DNA of 64,000 bases from IMG/VR virus record IMGVR_UViG_3300043607_000039, positions 29,001 to 93,000 of that record. One strand, 5' to 3'. Below are positions 26,501-35,409 of this stretch, piece after piece (positions within the stretch are counted from its first letter, which is position 1; every line of letters begins with the position of its first letter). Origin of the DNA: a virus. The notes beneath the pieces were generated by a model. The model did no database searches. It worked only from the letters and a program-made list of their open reading frames with translations, and had not been told where the DNA came from. A program made the translations under genes and the position numbers.

Positions 26501-26615
26501 ACCACCAGTCGCCACGCATAATCTCGTCAATAACCCAGTCAGGTTGCTCGGCTAGCCACGCTCTCCTGTCAATTTCAGGAAGCGCAGCGACTCGGTCCTG
26601 GAGAGATAACGCCAT
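23589..26615 (-). CDS. terL: Terminase large subunit with two inteins
   Basis: Walker A AGRGWGK|S, Walker B WLDE, TTTP motif, VGVDP nuclease domain, SPDRLDAL. Confidence 0.92.
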   Translation of the reverse strand: MALSLQDRVAALPEIDRRAWLAEQPDWVIDEIMRGDWWWVARPEQIPPPGNWFVCLALAGRGWGKAIDVSTSIPVANCSTDERRRPVPGRGGFKKLGDLEVGDWVFDEAGKPCRVTATFDQDPEVAYRLTFNDGLYIDTCSEHQWVTWEHRDRKAYLRSQYESDTTRFPLDWPTWRPMKRHKSNPPYRDQEGPGPRIRTTQDLVDTLTYNARGDLNHSIPLTGALELPEVRLTVDPWLLGYWLGNGSTSAGTISGHLADIDHVVECVIDAGFDCLLRPRDGQWFTGTPGGLVSQLRHIDVLDNKHVPQKYLWASVEQRRALLAGLMDSDGYGEASKVEFCSITKELADGVMHLARSLGQRPYMHVGRAQLYGVDKGAKYRVSWRPTFNPFTSPRKMATYVPPDGQGLRTQHRMIIGAERIDPTPMRCITVDSPNSMYLVGEGLIPTHNSRSGSEWIVSQTIKHPYDSRGVPTEWLVIAETLSDGRTICMEGPAGILQVLNRRKIRHRYKMSPRPMVLFPSGTKIYTEGADDPDVGRGYNSSGAWLDEICIAKNEPILTRSGPRLGTPVQDVRVGDEVLTRNGYARVIMSRLTQPDAEVWEISTGGTATVRLTPDHRVWTDEGWRKVSELHVNDVVWTAKYGAPEDMLGRGLAPHHPVRISGIRRMPETINVYDITVEGDDPEFFAGSGRILVHNCKWKFPKKSWEEGIMPSLRADLAGDHPRAFVTTTPKPVDILQEWVRRGDGTVHLMRGSTFENASNLSSLVIEELRRRYEGTMVGRQELYGEIIEAFEGALFSRLDIENNRILDVPDDLVATVVGVDPSLTGEDDEMGIVVVGRDRQKHMYVLADRSIMSVGRAAALEAWRVVAEFGADKLVCEVNLGKKWMSQVFHDAYFELVGQGLFPAHTKPPIVGIDTKIGKRTRGEPVAMRCEQGRLHILGHQQELEDQMSTFVGWGTRDSPDRLDALVHACRFLMDGEKKEVRISSPRDALSSTLQSLWQDAGSYNYGF
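24534..24971 (-). mobile_element. Mini-intein (class 1), 146 aa
   Basis: CIAKNEP...LTPDHRV...VYDITV...LVHN|C. Confidence 0.85.
25272..26420 (-). mobile_element. Class 3 intein (Ala1) with LAGLIDADG endonuclease, 383 aa
   Basis: AIDVST...HQW...LAGLMDSDG...MRCITVD...PTHN|S. Confidence 0.85.
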
Positions 26616-26803
26616 AGCAATGAATGCTAGATCAAACGCATGGGAAAATAGGGGTGTGGAACGTATTCCGGTCGACGAAATCCTGGCCTATTTGGAGGCC
26701 ACCCAGCCCGACCTGATGGACCCGGGTGAGGACCGGTGGGGTGGGGCCAACCTCTACGACCCCCGCCTGCTTCAAGATCCAGAAGTTGCTGGTCCCGAAA
26801 CTC

Positions 26804-26834
26804 TTGACACCCCCACGTAGGGGTCAGGTACAGT
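26804..26834 (+). promoter_or_regulatory. Promoter with operator
   Basis: TTGACA..TACAGT (long spacer); ACCCCCACGTAGGGGT at 26809-26824. Confidence 0.6.
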
Positions 26835-26839
26835 TGGTC

Positions 26840-27405
26840 TACGCCCGGAGGAACGGTCAAGGCCGGGACGAGGAACTTGACAACTGAAGATGGCGACAGT
26901 GCTCTGAGGTGGCCCGCAGCAACGTGTCTGCTGGCCGAGAGGCCACTACACTGTCGTCTACGGACGGAGCAGCCACAAGGCCCCTCCCCAGGATCGCCAC
27001 TGAGGCGCCCGTCCTAGCCCACGTCGCCACGGGTTTTTCCTTTCTCCCCGTGACCGGCAGACCGACCGGACGGCTCCTCCTCCGGTGGGCGATGGAGGAG
27101 CAAGCTTCCCTCGGGGGGATGCGAAACAGGGCCACGGTGGAGAAACCCACCGGGGCCCTGCTTCGTGAAACGGTGCGTCGCAAGCATGGGGCGCTTCAAG
27201 CTCCCGATCACGGGAGAAAGGCGGGGACCTTGCCCGGGGTTAAGGCCCCCGCCTTCCTTGGGGGGTTGTTACTCTGCATGGACCACGGGCCGTTGGGGAC
27301 AGCGGCCTGTCGCGGAGGAACGGCCGTTCCTGCCTGGAAAAAGCGAATAAGGGTCCAAGGACCGCGCACTGGGATCCCCGGAGCACCGGAACCACTGTCC
27401 CCACC
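26840..27405 (+). ncRNA. Candidate large structured ncRNA
   Basis: No credible ORF; nested long-range helices. Confidence 0.5.
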
Positions 27406-27439
27406 TCAACTACCTGGAGAGAGTCGAGGGTTCACCATC

Positions 27440-27886
27440 GTGAGCATGTACAACATGGTTTTCGGCTCAGAAGGGCCTGCCAAGCGCGGACAAGTCCTCT
27501 TGGCCATGCTGGGTTTCACGAGCTTCACCAACGTCGGCCGGTACCGCGACGCCTGGGTGGAGACCTCGGAGGACGGCCCGATCATCGCCATCTACACCCG
27601 CAACGGCGGAGGCAACCGCGAGAGCTGCTGGCAGCCTGACGGCGCCTTCCAGAACTCGGTCGAATGTGACTGCCCGGCCTGTGTGGCCAACTACCGCATG
27701 CCCGCCCACCCGGGGTGGGCGATGGGCCGTGACGACGAGTTCGACTCCACGTATCGGACCGAGTACTTCCAGGCGCCCGCCGAGTACCTGGACCTGTTGG
27801 AGCCCGTGGCTGGCGATCCCGTCGACACTTCCCAGAGGTGGCACGAGGCCATCGCGAACCTGGACCCGGCCAATGCTAACCATTGA
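27440..27886 (+). CDS. Hypothetical phage protein
   Basis: SMYNMVFG..GRYRDAW..IYTRNGGGNRE..DDEFDSTY. Confidence 0.65.
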   Translation: MSMYNMVFGSEGPAKRGQVLLAMLGFTSFTNVGRYRDAWVETSEDGPIIAIYTRNGGGNRESCWQPDGAFQNSVECDCPACVANYRMPAHPGWAMGRDDEFDSTYRTEYFQAPAEYLDLLEPVAGDPVDTSQRWHEAIANLDPANANH

Positions 27887-28487
27887 GGACAAGGCCTGGA
27901 TGGCAGGGGTCATTGACCTCAAGGGCCGAATGATCCGGAAGCGAAACCAAGATCGGCGCACCACGCAGACCCTGGTCTACGTGGAGAGCAAGCAGCACGA
28001 GGTCATCCGGGCGCTCAGCAAGCTCACAGGCACCAAGCCCGAGGCCAAGAAGCAGTCGACCCTGAGCGAGTTCATCAGGGTGCAGTGCAAGGAACACTGT
28101 CCCGACGCCCACATTCACGTCCGAGACGGCTGGTCCATGCCCACCACCACGCGGTGGACGATCACCGGCGGCCCGATGGTGGTCGTCATGCTCAGCTTGC
28201 TGCCTTACCTGCGGGTTGACCGCGGGTACCAGGAGGCGATCGACGCGATCATGGAGACTCAGTCGCTCGCCGGCCAGGGTGCGCATGCAATCTGGGCCAA
28301 CATCAAACGGCTCATGGATCTCGGGTGGACGCTGCCGGAGGTCTACCAGGAGCCGATGAAGGCCTGGACCGGGCTGGCTCAGGTTGGCGGCCGGCCGATG
28401 GTGGTGGCATCGGAGCCAGAACGGTTGCGTGACATCACGTTCCTGGATGACGATGAGATGATGGTCGTTGCTGCAAGGCCCCGGTAG
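27873..28487 (+). CDS. LAGLIDADG-like DNA-binding protein
   Basis: KAWMAGVIDLKG..LLPYL. Confidence 0.55.
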   Translation: MLTIEDKAWMAGVIDLKGRMIRKRNQDRRTTQTLVYVESKQHEVIRALSKLTGTKPEAKKQSTLSEFIRVQCKEHCPDAHIHVRDGWSMPTTTRWTITGGPMVVVMLSLLPYLRVDRGYQEAIDAIMETQSLAGQGAHAIWANIKRLMDLGWTLPEVYQEPMKAWTGLAQVGGRPMVVASEPERLRDITFLDDDEMMVVAARPR

Positions 28488-28550
28488 CTCAGTGGATAGA
28501 GCGCCGTCCTCCTAAGACGGAAGTCACTGGTTCAAGTCCAGTTCGGGGCA
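28478..28550 (+). tRNA. tRNA-Arg(CCT)
   Basis: ccgtc-CTCCTAA-gacgg. Confidence 0.9.
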
Positions 28551-28853
28551 CGGTTGGACAAGCCGAAAAGCCTTCGGGCCGATCCCTTCGCGCCAGCCAC
28601 GTAGGTCGACGCTTCAAGGTTCTGACGACCTACGTTTCATAACTAAAACAAGAACCCCGGGCGTTTTAGCTGGTGGAGTTTCGGCCCTTAACTAAAGCTC
28701 CCCCCCACCCGGGAGCTACCCGTGGAGCGAGGCGACGGTATACGGACGCTGAGCGGTGATACGGGGCCCGGGTGGTTACAACAATCCACATTGGACGAAG
28801 GAGGTGCGTCATGACCTAGGTAGCCAGAAGTTCTGGCCTTCAGAGAGGTCGCC

Positions 28854-29264
28854 ATGTCCCGCACCGACAAGGACCGCCCGTGGTGGATCCGGTCCGAGTG
28901 GTATGAACCCGTTCACTACAACTGCATGTACTACCAGGGCTACCAGACATGTGACCGCAGCCGAGTGTGCGACCTGCCGCCCGAACCCGTGCGGGGGAAC
29001 TTTTCGTACCCTTCTGCCGGCCACCGGTACGGCCCACGCGCACAATGCATCTGGTACCCCATGTGGCCCCGCCGCGTTCGGTACAACTACACCCGTCCCC
29101 CAACCCGAGTGGATAAGCACCTCGGCTGGTGGGGACCGGATCGACGAGACGTCCGAGACCTGATGATCAAGGCTCGGAAGCAGTACCGCGGGTATCGAGA
29201 GGTGGAGATCCTTGAGCCCGTGAGGCATCACCGTCACGCCGGCAAAGCAGGCTGGTGGGACTGA
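28854..29264 (+). CDS. Basic 'MSRTD' protein
   Basis: MSRTDKDRPWWIR...CDLP...RHHRH. Confidence 0.7.
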   Translation: MSRTDKDRPWWIRSEWYEPVHYNCMYYQGYQTCDRSRVCDLPPEPVRGNFSYPSAGHRYGPRAQCIWYPMWPRRVRYNYTRPPTRVDKHLGWWGPDRRDVRDLMIKARKQYRGYREVEILEPVRHHRHAGKAGWWD

Positions 29265-29297
29265 ACCAATCACCTGGAGAGAGTGAGAACGACCGTA

Positions 29298-30878
29298 ATG
29301 GCAAAGTTGGTCCCCGGAAATGGCCTCGTGATGGCCGACCCGGTACTCACCGGAGAACTACTGAACGACTTCATGGAGAGCGTGCAGGACCGCGCTCGCA
29401 AGGCGAAGGAGCCGACCCAGGAGGAGAAGCTCCGCGACGCGGTGACGGCCCTGCTGCACGCGCTCGGCGAGATGCGGGTCCAGGAGGACGCGCTCACGTT
29501 CGAGGGGGACAAGTTCATCTTCCCCGGCTCGTACGAGGGCAAGATCCCGGCCGTCATCGACTTCCTGCGCAACTACATGAAGCAGGAGGAGATGCGTTTC
29601 GACTTCAACAAGACGCTCCCCTACCGCCCGTACGACGGCGCCTACGCCTTCATGACCGTGATGCGCCAGCTGACCGGCACCACCGGCTTCGGCGTGAACC
29701 GGATGACCTTCTTCGGCCCCGAGCCGCCGGAGTTCATCTCCATCCCGATCAACGCGAAGGGCGACACGGCCCAGATCCCCTGGGGTCTGGTCGAGTTCCC
29801 GGCCTACGGCGCCAAGTTCGACGTCGGCGCGGTGCGGACTGACAGCGGCTACACGTTCCACCTGACGGTGAACGCGCCCCGCAAGCACCGCAAGGAGATC
29901 GAGGCGATCTTCAGCCTGATCGAGAAGCACCTCAAGGACAACTCGATCTACCGCGGTCAGGCCATCAACGGCCACGACATGCAGCCCGAGTTCATCGACC
30001 TGTCCCGGGTCGACCCGGAGAAGGTGGTCTACAGCCAGTCGGTCATGGACGACCTGCTGACCCACGTGTGGGCGCCGATCCGGTTCACGGAGCGGTACCG
30101 CAACCAGGGCATGCCGCTCAAGCGCGCGGTGCTGTTCGCTGGCCCCTTCGGTACCGGCAAGACCCTGGGCTGCTTGCTCACCGCGAAGGAGGCGGTCGAG
30201 CAGGGCTGGACCTTCATCATGTGCCGGACCGGCCAGGACAAGCCGGCCGACGTCATCAAGACGGCCGAGCTGTACGCCCCCGCGGTCGTGGTCATCGAGG
30301 ACCTCGACGTGCACGCGGGCTCGTCCACCAAGGTCGAGATTTCGCAGCTGCTGGAGATGCTCGACGGTGCGGTGAACAAGGGCAACGAGATCATCGGCCT
30401 GTTCACCACGAACCACATCGAGGACATCCAGAAGGGCGCGCTGCGTCCTGGCCGCATCGACGCGGTCATCGAGATCACCGACCTCGATGAGCCGGCTTTC
30501 CGTCGGCTGATCATCAACAACATCGGTGCGGACTGGTTGGCTGACGACGTGGACTACACGGCCGTCGCTGAGGCCATGCACGGGTTCCTGCCGGCCTTCG
30601 TGGCCCAGGCCGCTCAGCGGTCCCTGGGGTACATCATGGCCCGCAACAACGGCCAGCCCGGCGTGGTCGACACCGAGGCACTGGTGGGTGCGGCCCGTAC
30701 TCTGCGGCCTCAGCTGGAGCTGATGGACGGGGCGAAGGAGGGCGTCCGTCCGAACCTACTGGAGGACGCGATCCGTGACGTCGTGGACGGGTCGCTCAAG
30801 CGGACCCGACTCAACACCCACGACGACTACCGACTCCAGGTCGAGCCGCCCACGGTGCTCAACGGAGGCAAGAGCTAA
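29298..30878 (+). CDS. AAA+ ATPase
   Basis: GPFGTGKT, VVIEDLD, TTNH, ALRPGRID. Confidence 0.9.
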   Translation: MAKLVPGNGLVMADPVLTGELLNDFMESVQDRARKAKEPTQEEKLRDAVTALLHALGEMRVQEDALTFEGDKFIFPGSYEGKIPAVIDFLRNYMKQEEMRFDFNKTLPYRPYDGAYAFMTVMRQLTGTTGFGVNRMTFFGPEPPEFISIPINAKGDTAQIPWGLVEFPAYGAKFDVGAVRTDSGYTFHLTVNAPRKHRKEIEAIFSLIEKHLKDNSIYRGQAINGHDMQPEFIDLSRVDPEKVVYSQSVMDDLLTHVWAPIRFTERYRNQGMPLKRAVLFAGPFGTGKTLGCLLTAKEAVEQGWTFIMCRTGQDKPADVIKTAELYAPAVVVIEDLDVHAGSSTKVEISQLLEMLDGAVNKGNEIIGLFTTNHIEDIQKGALRPGRIDAVIEITDLDEPAFRRLIINNIGADWLADDVDYTAVAEAMHGFLPAFVAQAAQRSLGYIMARNNGQPGVVDTEALVGAARTLRPQLELMDGAKEGVRPNLLEDAIRDVVDGSLKRTRLNTHDDYRLQVEPPTVLNGGKS

Positions 30879-30980
30879 GCCTTACTCTCTCCACCCCGCC
30901 CCGGGGGTTCAGGTCTCTGCCATCGACCTGGGCCCCCGGGGCTTTTTTGTGTCCAAAACGGACGACTTCACAGAAGAGCC

Positions 30981-31010
30981 TTGACTCACCCGTACGTCCC
31001 CCTGTAACTT
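30981..31010 (+). promoter_or_regulatory. Promoter with degenerate operator
   Basis: TTGACT-18nt-TAACTT; ACCCGTACGTCCCCCT. Confidence 0.55.
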
Positions 31011-31079
31011 CGGTGACGACGGAAATCTACGAAGTTGAGGTGGCCGATGGGGAACGATGGCACGGGTGTCACTCGACCG

Positions 31080-32024
31080 ATGAGGTACATCCTGAACGGA
31101 AACGCAGCCTCGATCCGAGTCGACGATCGAGGCATCAAGGATCTGGCTGACGACATCGAGGATCGCGGCCTCATCCTTCCCGTCCTGGTGGCGCCAGACA
31201 ACCTGATCCTCAGCGGCTGCCGCCGGGTCGCGGCGATGGACCTACTGGGCTGGACCCGGGTGCCGGTCGTCGTCACGGACGACTGGGAGCGAGTCGTCGA
31301 GCACTTCAAGAACGAGGTCAAGGTGGCCGCAGATTTGGGCCTGCCATCTGAGCCTCTTTACCTCCGAGAGTTCGACGAACTGGTAGACCGTCGACTGCGC
31401 CAAATCTTTGAGCCCGAGCGCCGTCGGCGGTTGGGTGTGGCCATCAGTCTCGCCCGGGCATCCAGGGGGAATGGCTTGAAGGCCGCGGATCGCAAGCACC
31501 CCAATCATCACCGAAACAGTTTCACGGACTCGGTGATAGAGATGCTGAACATGCCGGCGACTCAGGTCACGACCTCGCGAGAGATCATGGCCAAGGTCAA
31601 GCTGTGCAAGGAACGCAGTGCAGATTTGGGCCTGCGGGCCGAGGAAGCGTTGGACAAGGTTCAAAGGTACGGCGGCCGTCTCCACTCCCTCAAGCGAATG
31701 CTCGGCGACATGCTTGAGGGCCGAGAAAACGTCCAGTACCGGCTCTTGATCGATGGGCCTGCTGTCGTCCAGCCAGCACCCCAAAAGTCTCGGGAGCCAG
31801 ACCGACGTTTGGCCGAGGAGCAAGTGGCAGCGATAAACCGACTCCTCGACATGTACGAGGCTCTCGGGGACATGGTCCGCGAGATCGGAGACCTCAACGT
31901 AGCTGTTGATCCCGAGACGGTTGCCGCGCTCCAGAAGAGGTACGGCAACGCACAACGAAAGGTCGGAGTCCTTCGCTCCTACCTGAACAACGTCAACTCC
32001 AGGAGAGAGAGTAACGACGCATGA
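31080..32024 (+). CDS. ParB-like N-terminal domain protein
   Basis: LADDIEDRGLILPVLV..ILSGCRRVAA..LGW. Confidence 0.75.
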   Translation: MRYILNGNAASIRVDDRGIKDLADDIEDRGLILPVLVAPDNLILSGCRRVAAMDLLGWTRVPVVVTDDWERVVEHFKNEVKVAADLGLPSEPLYLREFDELVDRRLRQIFEPERRRRLGVAISLARASRGNGLKAADRKHPNHHRNSFTDSVIEMLNMPATQVTTSREIMAKVKLCKERSADLGLRAEEALDKVQRYGGRLHSLKRMLGDMLEGRENVQYRLLIDGPAVVQPAPQKSREPDRRLAEEQVAAINRLLDMYEALGDMVREIGDLNVAVDPETVAALQKRYGNAQRKVGVLRSYLNNVNSRRESNDA

Positions 32025-32926
32025 ACGCAAAGTTCAGTTCGGCAGACACTGCGGATGCGACGGACGTGGCTGACGTGGCGACGGACGCCCCCGAAGCAAC
32101 GTTCGTGGCGGAGAACTCGCCCCGACACAAGGTCCGGCGGGGCACGATCAGCTGGGACGAGATCGTCGTGGATCCACGGGTCCAGCGGCCCCAGAACCGC
32201 CCCTTGATCAACAAGATCAAGCGGGAGTTCAACAAGGACGCCCTCAACACCATCGTGATCAGCGTCCGTCAGCCCGACCTCGACGACCGGGACCAGGACG
32301 AGCATGTGATCCTGGACGGTCAGCAGCGGACCACCGGCGCACACGAAGTGGGCTACGACGGCCCGTTCCACGCCGTCTTCCACTACGGCCTGAGTCTCCA
32401 GGACGAGGCGAAGCTGTTCCGCCTTCTCCAGGTCCGGGTGTCCGTCCCGGTCAAGGAGCAGTTCCGGGTCGCCCTCTACGAGGGCCGTCCCGACGCGACC
32501 GGCATCATGCAGGTCCTCAACGCCCTGGGCATCAAGCTCGACCCCAACGGTGGCTTCATCGCCGTGGGCGTGGCCCTGCGGATCGCGGCCCGGCCCGACG
32601 GCCTGACCAACTTCCACTGGGCGCTCAAGATCATCCAGGATGTGTACTCCGCGGACGACCCGTCGCCCTACGACGGCCGCCTCGTGGAGGCGCTGGCTCA
32701 GCTGCGGGCGCGGCACGGCAACGCCTTCAGCACCGAGCGGATCATGAAGAAGCTGCGGTCCTCCGGCAAGACGGTCGACGGCCTCATCGGTGACGCGAAG
32801 GTGCGTCGCTCGGTGAACAAGGGCACCTCGACCCAGAGCCTGGCCGACACCCTCGTCAAGGTCTTCAACGACGGGCTCCAGAAGAACGGGCCGAACACCC
32901 TGCCCTTCTGGAACGAGAAGCCGTAA
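32021..32926 (+). CDS. ParB/Srx-like (DGQQR) protein
   Basis: VDPRVQR..ILDGQQR..EAKLF. Confidence 0.75.
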   Translation: MNAKFSSADTADATDVADVATDAPEATFVAENSPRHKVRRGTISWDEIVVDPRVQRPQNRPLINKIKREFNKDALNTIVISVRQPDLDDRDQDEHVILDGQQRTTGAHEVGYDGPFHAVFHYGLSLQDEAKLFRLLQVRVSVPVKEQFRVALYEGRPDATGIMQVLNALGIKLDPNGGFIAVGVALRIAARPDGLTNFHWALKIIQDVYSADDPSPYDGRLVEALAQLRARHGNAFSTERIMKKLRSSGKTVDGLIGDAKVRRSVNKGTSTQSLADTLVKVFNDGLQKNGPNTLPFWNEKP

Positions 32927-33019
32927 GCTCAAGAGCACGTTGTACCGTCCTCTGGGGCAAGCCCTCGGTTGCGTAGCCCCGCAGCCGAGGGCTTGTTCTG
33001 TGTGTGGCAGAGTGTCCGG

Positions 33020-33208
33020 GTGATTACCGAAGCCTGGAGCAAGAGCAGTTACAGCAACAACAACGGGGCGTGCGTCGAGGTCCGTCGGGACGGGGCATCG
33101 GTCCTCGTCCGGGACACCAAGGACCGCGAGGGGGGCACCCTCACCTTCAACCGGCGCGAGTGGCTGGCCTTCGTCGCTGGCGCTAAGCAGGGTGACTTCG
33201 ACCTTTAA
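33020..33208 (+). CDS. DUF397 (BldB-like) protein
   Basis: WSKSSYS..GACVEV..VRDTK..W.AFV...K.G.FD. Confidence 0.9.
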   Translation: MITEAWSKSSYSNNNGACVEVRRDGASVLVRDTKDREGGTLTFNRREWLAFVAGAKQGDFDL

Positions 33209-33320
33209 CGATCTCCCCCGAACCTCCTGCAAAAAACCCAGAACTTCTTCCCAGAAGTTCTGGGTTTTTTGTCGGTGATCAGGTGTACGTTCCATTGCAC
33301 CTGGAGGAGGGGGTCAGTAG

Positions 33321-34100
33321 ATGGTCGACGATGACGGCTTCGCCCGGTTACCTGGGCCCAACCCGGCCGCCCTCGCGCTCAAGCAGGAGCTGAGCGAGAT
33401 CATCCTGTGGACCGAGCAGAACTCCCCGCGGTCCAAGCAGGTGGCCATCGGCCCATCCGAGCTGGGCGACCCGTGTGACCGCCGGCTGGCCTACCGCATC
33501 GCTGGCGTACCGCCCGTGAACATCTGGTCCGACCCATGGCCGGCCATCGTGGGCACCGCGGTCCACTCCTGGCTCGACAAGGCCATCAACGGGTACCAGG
33601 GGATCAACGGGGACCGGGGCTGGCTAACCGAACTGCGGGTCTCGCCCGACGAGATGGTGCAAGGCTCCAGCGACGTGTTCAACGTCCGGACCGGGACGGT
33701 GGTCGACCACAAGACGTGTGGGGTCGACACGATCCGCAAGCTCCACAAGGGAGGGTCACCCTCCCCGGGCTACATCACGCAGATCCAGCTGTACGGGCTC
33801 GGACATAAGCGAGCCGGCCGCGAGGTCAAGAACGTAGCGTTGATCTTCTACCCCCGCTCGGGCTGGCTCGACGATGCCTTCGTCTGGATCACTCCCTACG
33901 ACGAGTCCGTCGCCACCCGCGCCCTGGACCGGATGTATCAGATCGGCGGCCGGCTGATCGAGCTTGACATCGAATCGAACCCACACCGATTTCAATTAAT
34001 CGATGCCACGCCTGGCGACAGCTGTGTGTGGTGCTCGCACTTCTGCAAGGACAAGGACCCCGACATAGCAGCCGACGAGAAGGGATGCCCAGGACGATGA
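33321..34100 (+). CDS. PD-(D/E)XK exonuclease (Cas4/RecB-like)
   Basis: GPSELG.PC.R, GTAVH, G..D..VVDHKT, QIQLYG, C.WC. Confidence 0.85.
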   Translation: MVDDDGFARLPGPNPAALALKQELSEIILWTEQNSPRSKQVAIGPSELGDPCDRRLAYRIAGVPPVNIWSDPWPAIVGTAVHSWLDKAINGYQGINGDRGWLTELRVSPDEMVQGSSDVFNVRTGTVVDHKTCGVDTIRKLHKGGSPSPGYITQIQLYGLGHKRAGREVKNVALIFYPRSGWLDDAFVWITPYDESVATRALDRMYQIGGRLIELDIESNPHRFQLIDATPGDSCVWCSHFCKDKDPDIAADEKGCPGR

Positions 34101-34687
34101 GGCCACCATGCAGTGTTGGCGGGTGCAACGGAGCCCACAAGGGGCTCGGTTACTGCATCAAGCACTATTACTGCTTTAAGCGGAATGGGACTGCCGTTCC
34201 GAAGGAACGGCATTGGCGCAAGGCTGCGATTCCCCTCGAAGTATTGGTCCGTACTGGCCTATGTGAGTGTGGATGTGGGCTTCGAACAAAAATAGCAACT
34301 CGTACGCACACAGGGCACGGGATATATGCAGGATTTCCTAATAGGTTCTTAGTCGGTCACGGTAACGCTAAAGGGCGAAGTCATATCGACCAACATGGAT
34401 ATCGGCTCATTCGGAACGAGGATCACAGCGCATCCGGAAGCAGGGGATACGTTGCTGAACACCGAGTTGTAATGGCCCAGATAATAGGTCGTAAATTATG
34501 GAACTTTGAAACCGCTCACCATCTCAATGGAATTCGCTCCGATAACCGGCCTGAGAATCTTGAACTTTGGGCCAAGCCGCAGGTTCCGGGCCAACGCGTC
34601 CAGGACCTTGTGAACTGGGTCATTGAGAACTACCTCACCGAAATCGAAGTTGCCCTGAAAGAAAGAGAGGCTCATGGCCATCGATAA
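34097..34687 (+). CDS. HNH homing endonuclease
   Basis: CSVGGC..GYC.KHY; EHRVVM..HHLNGIRSDNRPENLEL; low GC. Confidence 0.9.
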   Translation: MRPPCSVGGCNGAHKGLGYCIKHYYCFKRNGTAVPKERHWRKAAIPLEVLVRTGLCECGCGLRTKIATRTHTGHGIYAGFPNRFLVGHGNAKGRSHIDQHGYRLIRNEDHSASGSRGYVAEHRVVMAQIIGRKLWNFETAHHLNGIRSDNRPENLELWAKPQVPGQRVQDLVNWVIENYLTEIEVALKEREAHGHR

Positions 34688-34937
34688 CAAGTACGGCCAA
34701 GTGACACTGGAGCGCGGCACCATCGGTGAAGACGAGCCGGTCGTCGTCTTCCGAGCGCAGGACAAGCTCCTAATGGAAGTGTTGGCAAAGTACTACGTCT
34801 TTTGTGAAGAGGCCGGATCGCCACGCAATCACCTTGACCTCATCCTCGACACCATGAACAAAGTGGCTGAATGGCGAGGAAGTCATCCGACCAAAGTCCC
34901 AAGCAGCGATGGGTTTGAAGTCGAGGAGCAAAAATGA
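34674..34937 (+). CDS. Hypothetical phage protein
   Basis: DEPVVVFRAQD motif. Confidence 0.65.
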   Translation: MAIDNKYGQVTLERGTIGEDEPVVVFRAQDKLLMEVLAKYYVFCEEAGSPRNHLDLILDTMNKVAEWRGSHPTKVPSSDGFEVEEQK

Positions 34938-35146
34938 TCACCGCACTACCTGGAACAACCGTCTGGATCGAGAGCCCCGACGGCAGAACGAGCGCTCTTG
35001 CCATTCAGGCCTGGGATGGCGAGGGGTTTGCGCTGGTTTATGACGCAGCCGCTGGGCGACTCGTGCGTCCCTCGGAGATCGAGACGCTGACCCCGGCCAC
35101 GTACGTAGGAGAAGCCGAGCCCACCCGGGACACGGACACATTGTGA
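34934..35146 (+). CDS. Hypothetical protein
   Basis: Coupled ORF with RBS. Confidence 0.5.
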   Translation: MITALPGTTVWIESPDGRTSALAIQAWDGEGFALVYDAAAGRLVRPSEIETLTPATYVGEAEPTRDTDTL

Positions 35147-35165
35147 GTTCAAAAGGAGGAAGCAG

Positions 35166-35381
35166 TTGAGCACGTGGTACGACGAGATGACCGCGGCCAT
35201 GCGTCGCCGCGAGGTGGCCGTGAACGGTCGCGAACGGTGGCAGGCAAAGGTCGATGAGGCCGAGGCCGAGATCGCGACCCTAACCCGCGATCAGAGCAAG
35301 GTCGCAACCGAAGCACCATCAGCTGAACCTAAGGCTGGCTCCGAGCTATTCGTGAGTCCCCCGGAATTAGCGGCCGAGTAA
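35166..35381 (+). CDS. Hypothetical coiled-coil protein
   Basis: RBS AGGAGG. Confidence 0.5.
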   Translation: MSTWYDEMTAAMRRREVAVNGRERWQAKVDEAEAEIATLTRDQSKVATEAPSAEPKAGSELFVSPPELAAE

Positions 35382-35409
35382 AAAGCAATTTTCCTGAGGA
35401 GAGAACAAG

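Noticed and set aside
26840-27405. RNase P RNA (contains GTGAAACGGTGCG, GGAGCAAG)
   Set aside because: No GAGGAAAGTCC or 3' AGAA..CGGCTTA conserved regions, and the motifs are out of order
26909-27439. N-terminal half of the 325-aa ORF
   Set aside because: Composition is not protein-like; the real RBS and start are at ~27440
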